A stretch of 64,000 nt of DNA from Candidatus Poribacteria bacterium (GCA_026706025.1 JAPOZO010000005.1:291-64290), one strand, 5' to 3'; shown: positions 9,706 through 20,765, counted from the first letter of the stretch. Notes: a model not told the origin generated them from the sequence alone. Made by a program: numbers and translations.

Positions 9706-11558
9706 CAACAGGCCGAGCGTCTATCCGCCTTATTCGTTACCGTCCACTCCTTTTTCTCGGCACTATCTTTTTTCGAGGATTAGACGACCTAATGCCGTTC
9801 TTCGACGGACTGATTAGGAAGGCATTTTTTGATACACTTGATCCGGTCATTAGCGGCAGTATTCTTTTCCCAGGGTTAGACAACCTAATGCCGTTCCTTG
9901 ACAGACTGATTGGGAAGGTGCTTTTTGGGACGCTTGATCCTGCCACTGGTGGATCGGGTATAGGACTCAACCCGTGGATATTCGTCGCGCTTTTCGTTGT
10001 TGCCCACCTGAGTGATCGAGGTGTACTCATATCGTCTGCCTTCGTATGGGCGCGTTGGCGTTACGCTGTTTCAACGCTGCTCCGAAAAAATCTGATGACA
10101 GCCATCATGAACATGTCGGCACCGCAGCGTGTGTCAACTGCCTCCGGTGAAGCAACGAATCGGTTACGTGACGACGTTCAAGCGATTCTGAGTTATCTGG
10201 AGCAGTACATCCATCTGTGGGGGAATCTCATTTTCGCGATCTTGGCAATCATTTGGATGGCTCGGATTAATGCGACAGTGACAGTGATCACGGTTATCCC
10301 GGCTATCCTGATTATCACAATTGTCAACGTCTCAAGGCGATTTATTCAGAGGTATCGCACAGCGCAACGTATCACTACAGAACAGTCAACAAATTTCGTT
10401 AACGAACTGTTCCAATCCATCTTAGCGGTGAAGGTTGCACGGACGGAGTCGAACGTGATTGCGCATTTTCAGAAACTCAACGATGCGCGCCGCAAGGCGA
10501 CTGTGATGGATAACGTGTTTAATCAAGTCTTGCAATCCATAAGTTCCAATATCAATACACTTGCCACCGGTGTGATCCTGATTCTGATTGCTGAACAGAT
10601 GAAAGCAGGCGTATTCACAGTCGGCGACCTCGCGCTGTTCACTACATATATCGGTGAAGTTGCGAGAAGTGGATCACTTGTCGGCAGTATAATGGCACAG
10701 CACACACGCGCAGCGGTCTCATTCTCCCGCATGGAACAGACGGTTGAAGAGATGCCGAGAGAAAACTTAGTAGAACACACACCGGTATATCTCCGAAAGG
10801 AACAACCGCCACTCGTCACCCCACAACGGACGGAGGATGACCAGTTAGACGAACTCACTGTTACTGGACTTACTTACCGCTATGACGACAACACATCTGG
10901 AATCGCCGATGTTGATTTAAAAATCCCAGCGGGATCGTTCACCGTTGTTACCGGACAGATCGGTTCAGGCAAAACGACGCTGGTTCAAGCACTCTTGGGT
11001 GTCCTACCGAAACAGGCGGGAGAAATTCGCTGGAATGGTGAAACCGTTGAGGATCCGAAATCGTTTTTTATTCCCCCCCGTTGTGCATATACGCCGCAAA
11101 CACCGAAACTCTTCAGCGAAAAACTGAGTGCTAACATCCTTATGGGTTTGCCGTGGAATTGGGACGACCTTAATCGGGCAATTCGACTCGGTGTCATGGA
11201 GACAGATCTACCAACGCTCGAAGACGGTCTTGAAACGGTTGTTGGACCGCGGGGCGTCAAGTTATCAGGTGGACAGATGCAGCGCACCGCAGCGGCACGC
11301 ATGTTTGTCCGAGACTCGGAATTACTCGTATTTGATGATCTCTCGTCTGGACTTGATGTTGAGACGGAACAGACTTTGTGGGAACGCCTCTTTGAAACGA
11401 GACGCGCGACCTGCCTCGTTGTTTCGCATCGACGACCTGCCTTGCGTCGTGCAGATCAAATTATTGTGCTGAAAGACGGTCACGTTGAAGCAGTCGGAAC
11501 GCTGGATGAACTGCTCGCTTCCTCCGAGGAGATGCGGAAGTTGTGGGCAAGCGACTGA
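9702..11558 (+). CDS. ABC exporter, fused permease/ATPase, subunit 2 (has an N-terminal internal duplication)
   Basis: A 618-aa ORF has Walker A (GQIGSGKTT), signature (LSGGQMQR) and Walker B (LVFDDLSS). A 32-aa tandem duplication precedes TM1. Confidence 0.9.
   Translation: MTTGRASIRLIRYRPLLFLGTIFFRGLDDLMPFFDGLIRKAFFDTLDPVISGSILFPGLDNLMPFLDRLIGKVLFGTLDPATGGSGIGLNPWIFVALFVVAHLSDRGVLISSAFVWARWRYAVSTLLRKNLMTAIMNMSAPQRVSTASGEATNRLRDDVQAILSYLEQYIHLWGNLIFAILAIIWMARINATVTVITVIPAILIITIVNVSRRFIQRYRTAQRITTEQSTNFVNELFQSILAVKVARTESNVIAHFQKLNDARRKATVMDNVFNQVLQSISSNINTLATGVILILIAEQMKAGVFTVGDLALFTTYIGEVARSGSLVGSIMAQHTRAAVSFSRMEQTVEEMPRENLVEHTPVYLRKEQPPLVTPQRTEDDQLDELTVTGLTYRYDDNTSGIADVDLKIPAGSFTVVTGQIGSGKTTLVQALLGVLPKQAGEIRWNGETVEDPKSFFIPPRCAYTPQTPKLFSEKLSANILMGLPWNWDDLNRAIRLGVMETDLPTLEDGLETVVGPRGVKLSGGQMQRTAAARMFVRDSELLVFDDLSSGLDVETEQTLWERLFETRRATCLVVSHRRPALRRADQIIVLKDGHVEAVGTLDELLASSEEMRKLWASD
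9777..9968 (+). repeat. 96-bp x2 in-frame tandem duplication inside the ABC exporter gene
   Basis: The unit ggattagacgacctaatgccgttcttcgacggactgattaggaagg... recurs at 9873. It encodes [23 protein letters not shown] and then [23 protein letters not shown]. Confidence 0.75.
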
Positions 11559-11649
11559 AGTTGAGTCGAGCATAAAACTTTCACAGGTTTTGCTTTAAGT
11601 AGTGTCCAAGTAATTTCAAAATCTACTATAAAATAAAAAAGAGGCTCTT

Positions 11650-13599
11650 ATGAAAATCAAGGTGTTTTTGGGTCTGATGTTCTTGATTTCTTCAATGTGT
11701 TTGTATGTGTCCGACACGACTGCTGAATATGAACCCTATACGCAACTCGGCTTACCCGAAAGTGCTAAAACGCGCCTCAATAAGGGACAGGTACGTGAAA
11801 TTGCGTATTCCCCGGATAGCACGCTTCTTGCGGTAGCGAGCAGCATCGGTATTTGGATCTATGATGCACAAACCGGTGAAGAACGCAATTTGCTCACGGG
11901 GCATCTGGGGCCGGTCAATAGTGTGGCATTTAGCCCGGATGGAAAAACACTCGCAAGTGGAAGTAGGGACAAGACTCTCCGTTTATGGGATGTCAGCACT
12001 GGCAATCCCATACGCACACTCACAGAGCATCTGGGGCCGGTCAATAGTGTGGTGTTTAGCCCGGATGGGAAAACACTCGCAAGTGGGAGTAAGGATAAAA
12101 CCGTCCGTTTATGGGAGGTCAGCACTGGCAAGCCCATGCGGACACTCATAGGCAATACGACGAGTCCTGTCTATATCTATAGCGTAGCGTTTAGTCCTGA
12201 TGGACAGACGCTCGCAAGTGGGAGTGATGACAAGACTATCCGTCTATGGGATGTCAGCACTGGCAATCTCATACGCACACTCACAGGGCATACGGATGTG
12301 GTTTGGCGCATGGCGTTTAGCTCAGATGGAAAAACACTCGCAAGCGGGAGTAGGGACAAGACTATCCGTTTATGGGATGTCAACACTGGCAATCCCATAC
12401 GCACACTACTCATAGGGTATACGGATACGGATGCGGTTTTGAGCATGGCGTTTAGTCCAGATGGAAAAACACTCGCAAGCGGGAGTAGGGACAGGACTAT
12501 CCGTTATGGAAAAACACTCGCAAGCGGAAATTTTGACCATACTATCCGTTTATGGGATGTCAACACTAACCATCCCATACGCATACTCAGAGGGCATACG
12601 GATGTGGTTTTGAGCATGGCGTTTAGCCCAGATGGAAAAACACTCGCAAGCGGGAGTGGGGACAAGACTATCCGTTTATGGGATGTGGATACTGGCAATC
12701 TCATACGCACACTCACAGGGCATGGGGGTGTGGTCTGGAGCGTATCCTTCAGTCCAGATGGAAAAACACTCGCAAGCGGGAGTTATAAGGAAATCCGTTT
12801 ACGGGATGTCAGCACTGGCACCGCCCTACGCACACTCACAACGGATGCGGTCAAAAGTGTGGCGTTTAGCCCGGATGGACAGACGCTCGCAAGCGGAGGT
12901 TTTGGCAAGAATGGTATCCGTTTATGGGAGGTCAGCACTGGCAATCTTCTGCACAGCCTTCCCTCCACAGGGATCCAGAGTGTGTCGTTCAGTCCAGATG
13001 GGCAAACACTCGCAAGTGGGACTTATCAGGAAATCCGTTTATGGGAGGTCAGCACTGGCAAGCCCATACGTACACTCATAGGGCATGGGGATGTGGTCTG
13101 GAGCGTGGCGTTTAGCCCAGATGAAAAAACAATCGCAAGCGGGAGCGGGGATAAGACCATCCGTTTATGGGACGCGAACACAGGTAATCTCATACGCACA
13201 CTCACAGGACATACTCATCCCATACGCACACTCACAGGGTATACGCGGGCTGTCAGGAGCGTGGCGTTTAGCCCAGATGGAAAAACAATCGCAAGCGGGA
13301 GTGGAGACACGGCTATCCGTTTATGGGATGTGAACACAGGTAATCTCGTCCGCACACTCACAGGGCATACGAATGCAGTCTATAGCGTGGCGTTTAGCCC
13401 AGATGGACAGACGCTCGCAAGTGGGAGCGGGGACAATACCATCCGTTTATGGGAGGTCAGCACTGGCAAGCCCATACGCACATTCACAGGGCATACAGAT
13501 GCAGTCTGGAGCGTGGTGTTTAGCCCGGATAGTGGTACCCTCTCGAGTGGGAGTAGCGACGGCACGATATTCTTGTGGACACTCGCACGGGCAGACTAA
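11650..13599 (+). CDS. Secreted WD40-repeat beta-propeller protein (about 14 WD repeats)
   Basis: The RBS AAGAGG precedes the start. There is a signal peptide (MKIKVFLGLMFLISSMCLYVS) and reiterated units FSPDGKTLASGS.DKTIRLWDVSTG. Strong DNA-level repeats produce many spurious antisense ORFs. Confidence 0.9.
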   Translation: MKIKVFLGLMFLISSMCLYVSDTTAEYEPYTQLGLPESAKTRLNKGQVREIAYSPDSTLLAVASSIGIWIYDAQTGEERNLLTGHLGPVNSVAFSPDGKTLASGSRDKTLRLWDVSTGNPIRTLTEHLGPVNSVVFSPDGKTLASGSKDKTVRLWEVSTGKPMRTLIGNTTSPVYIYSVAFSPDGQTLASGSDDKTIRLWDVSTGNLIRTLTGHTDVVWRMAFSSDGKTLASGSRDKTIRLWDVNTGNPIRTLLIGYTDTDAVLSMAFSPDGKTLASGSRDRTIRYGKTLASGNFDHTIRLWDVNTNHPIRILRGHTDVVLSMAFSPDGKTLASGSGDKTIRLWDVDTGNLIRTLTGHGGVVWSVSFSPDGKTLASGSYKEIRLRDVSTGTALRTLTTDAVKSVAFSPDGQTLASGGFGKNGIRLWEVSTGNLLHSLPSTGIQSVSFSPDGQTLASGTYQEIRLWEVSTGKPIRTLIGHGDVVWSVAFSPDEKTIASGSGDKTIRLWDANTGNLIRTLTGHTHPIRTLTGYTRAVRSVAFSPDGKTIASGSGDTAIRLWDVNTGNLVRTLTGHTNAVYSVAFSPDGQTLASGSGDNTIRLWEVSTGKPIRTFTGHTDAVWSVVFSPDSGTLSSGSSDGTIFLWTLARAD

Positions 13600-13812
13600 C
13601 CCCTACACCTTACGCTGACTGCAGGCGAATTCACCGCCATGCGGAAGACGCTCGGACGAAAGTAAAGGATTCGGAAGGATGGTATGAAAGTTCAGAATCC
13701 TTGAAAGCACAATTGGAAGAAGACAAACGGCAAGGCTGAAAATATGTTTCACTTTTGATCCGTCTAAACACATATCTCTGGAAGCACCTGCCGATTAATT
13801 GAGGAAAACAAC

Positions 13813-15354
13813 GTGAATTTAAATACTGTTCATATACTTGATACTGGCACAGAACTGTTTGTTGACGACGCGCTGATCGCTTCCAAACACGGCGTGACGC
13901 GCACACTGCATCAGTGCGTAAAGCATGATGTTTCTGTTCTTAAACCTGACCCCGACAATCTGTGGGAACACGGTGGACCGGATCAGTCCAGACGTGTACA
14001 CCTCTACGGGACTACACTATACGATGCTGCGTACGGAAAATACCGTATGTGGTACATGTGTCGTATGGGACCGCATTGGCGGTTTGAAGCGAATGAGATT
14101 CCGGGACTTTACGTGCCACGTCCTGACCGAAACCCGTCAACATATAGGGGACAGACCCACGATGCTTACGGGCGGAAATTTGTTGAAAATGATCGCGGTG
14201 ACCTTACCTGCTATGCGGAGAGCGATGATGGATTGACATGGACGAAACCGAATCTTGGTCTGTTTGAATTTAACGGAAACCCAAATAACAACATTGTGTG
14301 GGACCTCCACGGTGCGTGCGTCTTCCGTGATGATGATGAATCGGATCCACAGAGACGGTATAAGATGATCGGTTTTTGCAGACGGTACCGTAACATCTTC
14401 TTGCTCATGTCACCCGATGGGATCCGATGGGACGATTCAGATTACCTTGAACCAATTGCGGATCGGGATAACGAAGGTGCGTTCAACGTCATCTACGATA
14501 AAAAAACAGACCTGTTCCGTGCGTATGCCTTGATACGTGGGAACGATAAAGACGCAAGGCGTATGATCGCATACACTGAAAGTCCACGTCTTGAGGGACC
14601 TTGGAAACCGCTCGAACCGATGTTCGGTGCAGCGGATGCGGACGACGCAGTGGGTGTGCAGCGATACGGTGCCGATCGCGCTGAAATCCACAATATGTCG
14701 GGCTTCCTTTATCATAACATTTACATCGGCATCCCCGGCGTGTTATATGTGACAGGACCCGGTGCGGCAGAACATGAAATCCCTGTTGATGGACCGATTG
14801 ACGCGCAACTTGTTTGCAGCCGAGACGGGTTCAATTGGGACTATCCAGACGGGATTCGGACCCCGATTATCCCGCGCGGTGAAAGCGGTACATTCGACAC
14901 CGGTATGATTATGGGAACCGCCATCGAACCGATCATTACCGACGATGAAATTCACTGGTACTATACAGGGACAGAACACACCCACGGGGCGCAGATGAAG
15001 GATCGGCACAAGGAGATCGGACTTGCGAAGTGGCGATTAGACGGCTTCGTCTCGCTTGATGCAGATGCAGATGATGGTATCGTTGAAACCGTCCCGTTAC
15101 AGATTCCGGACGGCGGATTTGAAATTAATGCCGATGCGAGCGGAGGCCAGGTCAAAGTTGAAGTGCTAACGGCTGAAGGACAGGTTCAACCCGGATTTTC
15201 GGTTGATGACTGCGTTCCGTTGACAAGTGATAATATCCGACACGCGGTGCGATGGAAATCAACTACGGTGGCAAATGCTACACAGCCGCTACGACTCCGT
15301 TTTGTGCTGAACCGTGCCAAACTATATGCTTTCCGAGTAGGGATAAACTCCTGA
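13813..15354 (+). CDS. Conserved hypothetical protein (513 aa), possibly a beta-propeller glycoside-hydrolase-like fold
   Basis: The start is GTG with RBS GAGGAA. The ORF is long and uninterrupted with W/Y/G-rich motifs (HWYYTGTEH, GFNWDYPDG). I could not assign a family from sequence alone. Confidence 0.4.
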   Translation: MNLNTVHILDTGTELFVDDALIASKHGVTRTLHQCVKHDVSVLKPDPDNLWEHGGPDQSRRVHLYGTTLYDAAYGKYRMWYMCRMGPHWRFEANEIPGLYVPRPDRNPSTYRGQTHDAYGRKFVENDRGDLTCYAESDDGLTWTKPNLGLFEFNGNPNNNIVWDLHGACVFRDDDESDPQRRYKMIGFCRRYRNIFLLMSPDGIRWDDSDYLEPIADRDNEGAFNVIYDKKTDLFRAYALIRGNDKDARRMIAYTESPRLEGPWKPLEPMFGAADADDAVGVQRYGADRAEIHNMSGFLYHNIYIGIPGVLYVTGPGAAEHEIPVDGPIDAQLVCSRDGFNWDYPDGIRTPIIPRGESGTFDTGMIMGTAIEPIITDDEIHWYYTGTEHTHGAQMKDRHKEIGLAKWRLDGFVSLDADADDGIVETVPLQIPDGGFEINADASGGQVKVEVLTAEGQVQPGFSVDDCVPLTSDNIRHAVRWKSTTVANATQPLRLRFVLNRAKLYAFRVGINS

Positions 15355-15398
15355 TACCGAATTAAATAGCTTGAACTTCCTCGCCAAAGGAGAACTAA

Positions 15399-16538
15399 AT
15401 GGATACCTTATCGACACACGACGGCTCCCCGGAAAATCGTGTGGACAACTTGTTGAAGCTGGAAATACTTGAAGCGTTTGACCGGACTGCGTTTGAGCGC
15501 GATGGATATTGGGTGTGGGAAGGGATACTCACGGATGCTGCCCGTAAGCAGTGGACAACCAGCTTACAGAAGTTACAACAGATGAACGATGCGATCCTCA
15601 TGGATACGGAGTGGCGTGCTATCGACTTTGAGGCGCGGGGGTTTCCGCAGCCTTTGCCAGAACAAATTGCACCGACGTTTTTGGCGGCGTGCTGCGGGGG
15701 TTCAGAGCAAATGCCCAGTTTCCTCAGAACCGCTGAGTTGCGTCAATATATGCATACCCAGGGACTGTTCGGACCGGGCAACGCGTTGGTCACACATGGG
15801 TTCAAGTCACAAGGTGTCATGCCGGAATACTTTCCTGCCGGATACGACGACTTTATAATGGACGTGACATCCGCTCATCCGCAGATGATGGCACTCTTCA
15901 GGAAACTTTTCGGAGACCGATTTATACTCGATCACTGCTTCATGCTCAACCGGGCACCGGGTTCAAAAGGACGCCGGTGGCATGCACACCAGTATCGGGA
16001 GGGACAATACGAAGTTGAGGACCCGATTGGGACTGGACACGCCCTTACCACTGATTTCCTACAACGGCAGTGTATTCGGACGTTGTGCTATCCAGAAGGG
16101 GCAATTATCAAGGATGGCGGCGAACTTGCGATTATCCCCGGTGCACATCTCTATCGGATTCCGTACAAATGGAGCACGGAACGACCCGATGATGACGCTG
16201 CCATGAAAGCGGGCTGGCTGAAAGGCAAAGTCCACGCCTTCACAGGGAAGCCGTTGGAAATCGTACATCTCTCACTACCGCCTGGAAGCATGGTTTCGTT
16301 TGTCCATCATATGCCGCATTATGTTGGCTATCGGAAGCCAAGGATGCCGACCCGGTGGGGACTGCTTATGGCGTATCGAACGCCTGACCCAGAAGCAGAG
16401 CCAGCCAAATGGACAAATGGGATTCCGACCCATTGGGTGGAACAGGCCGCGGACCAAGGAAAACTACCCACTGCGGCACAGCGTGTATTTGAGGCAGATA
16501 ATCCCCTCGATATGCACTCACAGAGTCGTAACGAATAA
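15399..16538 (+). CDS. Putative Fe(II)/2-oxoglutarate dioxygenase superfamily protein (PhyH-like)
   Basis: The RBS AAAGGAG precedes the start. The segment GELAIIPGAHLYRIP resembles the PhyH xxGxLxVxPGSH strand, and upstream histidines (WHAHQY) are present. This is a weak assignment. Confidence 0.4.
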   Translation: MDTLSTHDGSPENRVDNLLKLEILEAFDRTAFERDGYWVWEGILTDAARKQWTTSLQKLQQMNDAILMDTEWRAIDFEARGFPQPLPEQIAPTFLAACCGGSEQMPSFLRTAELRQYMHTQGLFGPGNALVTHGFKSQGVMPEYFPAGYDDFIMDVTSAHPQMMALFRKLFGDRFILDHCFMLNRAPGSKGRRWHAHQYREGQYEVEDPIGTGHALTTDFLQRQCIRTLCYPEGAIIKDGGELAIIPGAHLYRIPYKWSTERPDDDAAMKAGWLKGKVHAFTGKPLEIVHLSLPPGSMVSFVHHMPHYVGYRKPRMPTRWGLLMAYRTPDPEAEPAKWTNGIPTHWVEQAADQGKLPTAAQRVFEADNPLDMHSQSRNE

Positions 16539-16715
16539 GATTACCTTATTGGGAGGTCCCACCTCACGGTAGAAACCGGAAGATTTCGGGTCCGGTGTTT
16601 CCGTAGGCAAGACGTTCCACTTTACCCGTCTTTACTCCAAAAGCCCATTTTCCTTGTACCATTGGGCGTTTGGATACAAAGCCATAATGGATACCTCTAA
16701 TTTTATTCTCCAGAG

Positions 16716-19700
16716 TTACTGTCCGACATCTGGATCCAGTTCCTTAGCCTTCTCAAAATCTGCTTTTGCGGCTTCCTTCTGCCCAAGTGCCTCTTTCGCA
16801 CGCCCGCGATCGTAGTAAGTTTCTGCAGACTCTGGGTTTATCTCAATGGCTTTATCAAAATCTGTGATTGCGCCTTCCACGTCACCGAGAGCCAACTTTG
16901 CGAGGCCCCGACCGCTATAAGCCTCGGCATCCCCTGGAGCGAGCTTGATGACGTGTGTCCAGTCCTCAATTGCCTCTGCCAAGAGATCTTGTGCCTTTTC
17001 CGCATTCCCCCGAGCGGCCTGAAATTCGCCAAGGCTGAACCGCTGCTTCGCACGAGTGATGTAATCAGGGAGATTTTCCGGGTTGAGCACTTTCGCTTTT
17101 TCAAAGTCAGTTTTTGCGGCTTTATAGAACGTTTGTGCCTTCTCCGTATTGCCACGGGCAGATTCCAAATCACCAAGGTCATCATATAAAACCCCGCGAT
17201 TGTTGTAGACACTGGCATACTTTGGATCTATCTGGATAACCTTATCGTAGTCGGCTATCGCCGTTTCATAAAACGCTTCTGCCTTCTCCGTATTGCCACG
17301 GGCAAATTCCAAACCACCAAGATTGTAGTGTGCCACACCGCGATTATTATAGGCATTGGCATGCTCCGGGGCGAGTTGGATAGCCTCATCATAGTCAGCT
17401 ATCGCCGTCTCATAAAACGCTTCTGCTTTCTCCGTATTGCCACGGGCAGATTCCAAATCACCGAGGCCGTCATATAAAACCCCGCGATTGTTGTAGACAC
17501 CAGTAGACTCTGGATCTATCTGGATAACCTTATCATAGTCAACTATCGCCGCTTTATAGAACGCTTCTGCCTTCTCCGTATTGCCACGGGCAGATTCCAA
17601 ATCACCAAGACTATAGTGTGACACACCGCGATTGTTGTAAACATCAATAGACTCTGGATCTATCTGGATAGCTTTATCATAGTCGGCTATCGCCGCCTCA
17701 TAGAACGCTTCTGCCTTCTCCGTATTGCCACGGGCAGATTCCAAATCACCAAGGTCGTCATATAAAACCCCGCGACTGTTGTAGACACCAGTAGACTTTG
17801 GGGCCAGTTGGATAACCTTATCGTAGTCGGCTATCGCCGCTTTATAGAACGTTTGTGCCTTCTCCGTATTGCCACGGGCAGATTCCAAATCACCAAGGTC
17901 ATCATATAAAACCCCGCGATTGTTGTAGGCATCAGTATGTTCTGGATCAATCTTGATAGCTTTATCATAATCAACTATCGCCGCTTCGTTATTGCCAAGT
18001 TTGGACTTCGCTAATCCGAGATCGAAATAAATATTGAAAATTCCATCATTTATTTTTACGGCTTTATCATAATCGGCTATCGCTGCTTCATAGTTGCCAA
18101 GGGCAAATTGAGCGTCTCCGCGTTTGTAGTAAGGATAAAAAAATTGAGCGTTTATTTTTATGCCTTTATCAAAATTGGCTATCGCTTCATGGTAGTCATT
18201 CGCATTATATTTCATCTGTCCCTGAACGAATAATGCATACGCACGGATAAGTTCTCGCTGCTGCCATTTCGCTAAAGGTTCTGTTGCCTCCGACTGCCCA
18301 AGTAATGCCTTGAGTATACTTGAGGGGATAGCGTAACCGTAATGCTCATTTCCAGCAGCATTAATCCCTACGACTTGTCCACCACTACTACTTAGCACAG
18401 GGCTCCCACTACCGCCACTACCAATATAAGGGGTCATCCGGAGCCATTCATCACCATTGGAAGTACTACATATCGTTCCTTTGATGACTCTGTATCTTTT
18501 GTCAGGGTATCCCACCGCAACAACAGGTTCACCGCTTTGAATAGTTTCACTGTCACCGAGAGATAGCGGGATGCCTTCACCCGCAATCTTTAGGATGACG
18601 AGATCATTTTCCGCATCAAAAGCAGTGACTCCCTCAACAGCCAAGATTTTCGTTTTACCTCTAAGTTTGACGAAAACAGGACCGGGTTGGGCTACAACAT
18701 GGACATTGGTTGCCACCTTGTCTTCCTTCACAAAGAAGCCGCTACCACTATAAAAGCCACCAGCCCAACTCATCACACGGACTGTAGAATCCTTGGCTTT
18801 TTCGGATGTTAAATCCGCTGCTGACTCGTTAACATCCTCCGGATTGCTTAGTTGGATGTATTCATCGTAATCAGTGATGCCGTCGTGATACCACCCCTGC
18901 GCTTTCCCAGCATCACCGCGTGCGGACTCAATATCGCCAAGTTTACATTTTACTGTTGCCTGATTCTCATAAGCCTCAGTATATTTTGGATTAATCTCAA
19001 TAGCTTGTCTATAGTCCGAAATCGCCGATTCATATAACGCTTCTGTTCTCTCCGTATTTCCGCGGGAGGATTCTAATTTACCAAAGGCAGACTTCGCCAG
19101 TCCTCGATTGTTGTAAGTATTAGCACCCTCTGGATCAATCGTGATAGCGTGTATATAGTCTTCAATCGCCGATTCATACAAATACTGTGCTTCTTTGGCA
19201 TTCTCGCGGGCAGCTTCGGATTCGCCAAGCCTGAACTTCATCAATCCCCGATCATTGTAGGCGGAGTCATCCTCTGGATTTACCTTGATGACTTGCGTAA
19301 AATCTTCAATCGCCGATTCATATAACGCTTCTGTTTTCTCAGGATTGCCGTGGTCCGATTCTAATTTACCAAGGGCCAACCTCACGCCACCACGATTACG
19401 ATAGAAACCAACATCCTCTGGATTTACGTTGATGGCTTGCGTAAAATCTTCAATCGCTGTTTTATACAAACGCTCCGCTTCTTTAGTATTCCCACGTGCG
19501 TTCTCGGATTCGCCAAACTTGAATTTTGCGGTTCCACGATTGTTGTAGATAGTCGCATCCTCTGCCTCAATCTGGATCGCCCTATTGAAATCAAGTATTG
19601 CCCCTTCAAAGTCGTCAAGAGATGCCTTGGCGGCACCGCGAAAATTATAGGTATGGGCATACTCTGGATCCACCTGGATCGCTTTATCGCAATCGGCTAT

Positions 19701-20765
19701 CGCCGCTTCATATAAACGCTGTGCTTTCTCAGCATTCCCGCGTGCAGATTCAGACTCTCCCAATCTACATTTTATACCACCTCGATTGCTATAAGCATCG
19801 GCATACTGAGCGTCAAGTTCAATGGCTTTATCAAGATCAACAATTGCATCAGTATAGTCACCAAGGTGTGCCTTCACGCTCCCACGGAGGAAGTAAGCAT
19901 CAGGGGCATCCGGATCTATTTTAATAACTCGCGTACAGGAAGCAATCGCGCTGTCATAGTTCCCAAGATGATCTTGAGTTCTTCCGCGCTCGTAGTAGGC
20001 ACGGACATACGCGGGGTTAAACGCAATCGCTTTATCAAAGTCAACGAGCGCGCCCGCATAATCTTTGGCACCGAATTTTTCTTTCCCTAAACCGTAGTAC
20101 GCCGCAGCGCGAATCTGTTCTCGTTGCTGCCATTCCGTCAAAGGTTCCATTGGTATAGGCTCAGCAAGTAACGCCGCAAGCACGCTTGAAGAAATTGTGT
20201 AATCACCATACGGCACAATAACCCCGATGACTTGACCCTTATTGTTAAACACTGGACTGCCATTAGTTTTTTTAGCAGTTGTTGTATTTAACCTGAGCCA
20301 CCTATCATTTTTTAGGATGCTTTGTATACGACTTTCCGAAACCTTGAATGCTCCATTAGGATAACCGGAGATAGAAACAGACTCACCAATTTGAACCCTA
20401 TCCGCCAAAGGCAGTGGCTTGCCTTTATTTCCAAGTTTTAGAATAACAAGGCTGTTTTTCGCATCAAATCCAACAACACCTTCTATCGTCCAATCTTTCT
20501 CTTTGTCGGGAGATTTTACGGAAACAGAACCAATGTGAGCGACGACGTGAGTGCTCGTCGCAACCATGTCCGGTGCAATGAAGAATCCTGTTCCAGATGC
20601 GTTTTCACTCTCAATCAATACAATAGAATCTCTGATTTTTTCGGACGTTAAGTCCGCAGTCGGTGCGACGGGTTTCTCGGAAACCACCTGCTGCGGTGCC
20701 TGTGCACAAGAGATGAAAAAACTTAAGACCAAAAAAAGAAATAAAAATTTGGTGTTTCGTTTCAT
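16716..20765 (-). CDS. Lipoprotein with two trypsin-like serine protease domains and about 28 TPR repeats (1349 aa); fourth gene of the tandem array
   Basis: A lipobox (FFISC) is present. Domain 1 retains the catalytic His (ATSTHVV), but its Ser motif is KKTNGSPV instead of GxSGGP. Domain 2 at aa 640-800 has TNVHVV / NDLVILK / GSGGSGSPV. TPR units ending ...Y.NRG... are repeated many times. The C-terminus ends DPDVGQ, like the paralogs. Confidence 0.85.
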   Translation of the reverse strand: MKRNTKFLFLFLVLSFFISCAQAPQQVVSEKPVAPTADLTSEKIRDSIVLIESENASGTGFFIAPDMVATSTHVVAHIGSVSVKSPDKEKDWTIEGVVGFDAKNSLVILKLGNKGKPLPLADRVQIGESVSISGYPNGAFKVSESRIQSILKNDRWLRLNTTTAKKTNGSPVFNNKGQVIGVIVPYGDYTISSSVLAALLAEPIPMEPLTEWQQREQIRAAAYYGLGKEKFGAKDYAGALVDFDKAIAFNPAYVRAYYERGRTQDHLGNYDSAIASCTRVIKIDPDAPDAYFLRGSVKAHLGDYTDAIVDLDKAIELDAQYADAYSNRGGIKCRLGESESARGNAEKAQRLYEAAIADCDKAIQVDPEYAHTYNFRGAAKASLDDFEGAILDFNRAIQIEAEDATIYNNRGTAKFKFGESENARGNTKEAERLYKTAIEDFTQAINVNPEDVGFYRNRGGVRLALGKLESDHGNPEKTEALYESAIEDFTQVIKVNPEDDSAYNDRGLMKFRLGESEAARENAKEAQYLYESAIEDYIHAITIDPEGANTYNNRGLAKSAFGKLESSRGNTERTEALYESAISDYRQAIEINPKYTEAYENQATVKCKLGDIESARGDAGKAQGWYHDGITDYDEYIQLSNPEDVNESAADLTSEKAKDSTVRVMSWAGGFYSGSGFFVKEDKVATNVHVVAQPGPVFVKLRGKTKILAVEGVTAFDAENDLVILKIAGEGIPLSLGDSETIQSGEPVVAVGYPDKRYRVIKGTICSTSNGDEWLRMTPYIGSGGSGSPVLSSSGGQVVGINAAGNEHYGYAIPSSILKALLGQSEATEPLAKWQQRELIRAYALFVQGQMKYNANDYHEAIANFDKGIKINAQFFYPYYKRGDAQFALGNYEAAIADYDKAVKINDGIFNIYFDLGLAKSKLGNNEAAIVDYDKAIKIDPEHTDAYNNRGVLYDDLGDLESARGNTEKAQTFYKAAIADYDKVIQLAPKSTGVYNSRGVLYDDLGDLESARGNTEKAEAFYEAAIADYDKAIQIDPESIDVYNNRGVSHYSLGDLESARGNTEKAEAFYKAAIVDYDKVIQIDPESTGVYNNRGVLYDGLGDLESARGNTEKAEAFYETAIADYDEAIQLAPEHANAYNNRGVAHYNLGGLEFARGNTEKAEAFYETAIADYDKVIQIDPKYASVYNNRGVLYDDLGDLESARGNTEKAQTFYKAAKTDFEKAKVLNPENLPDYITRAKQRFSLGEFQAARGNAEKAQDLLAEAIEDWTHVIKLAPGDAEAYSGRGLAKLALGDVEGAITDFDKAIEINPESAETYYDRGRAKEALGQKEAAKADFEKAKELDPDVGQ

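Noticed and set aside
11859-13565. Series of 60-150 aa ORFs on both strands inside the WD40 gene
   Set aside because: They mirror the DNA-level WD40 repeats (recurring PVLTSHKR / SVYGMSALA translations). They are antisense or out-of-frame artifacts of a repetitive coding sequence.
17100-18000. Regularly spaced near-identical ~150-bp DNA repeats that could be mistaken for a CRISPR-like or satellite array
   Set aside because: They are in-frame TPR-repeat coding units of the 1349-aa gene. There are no spacers, and the period and amino-acid conservation fit protein repeats.
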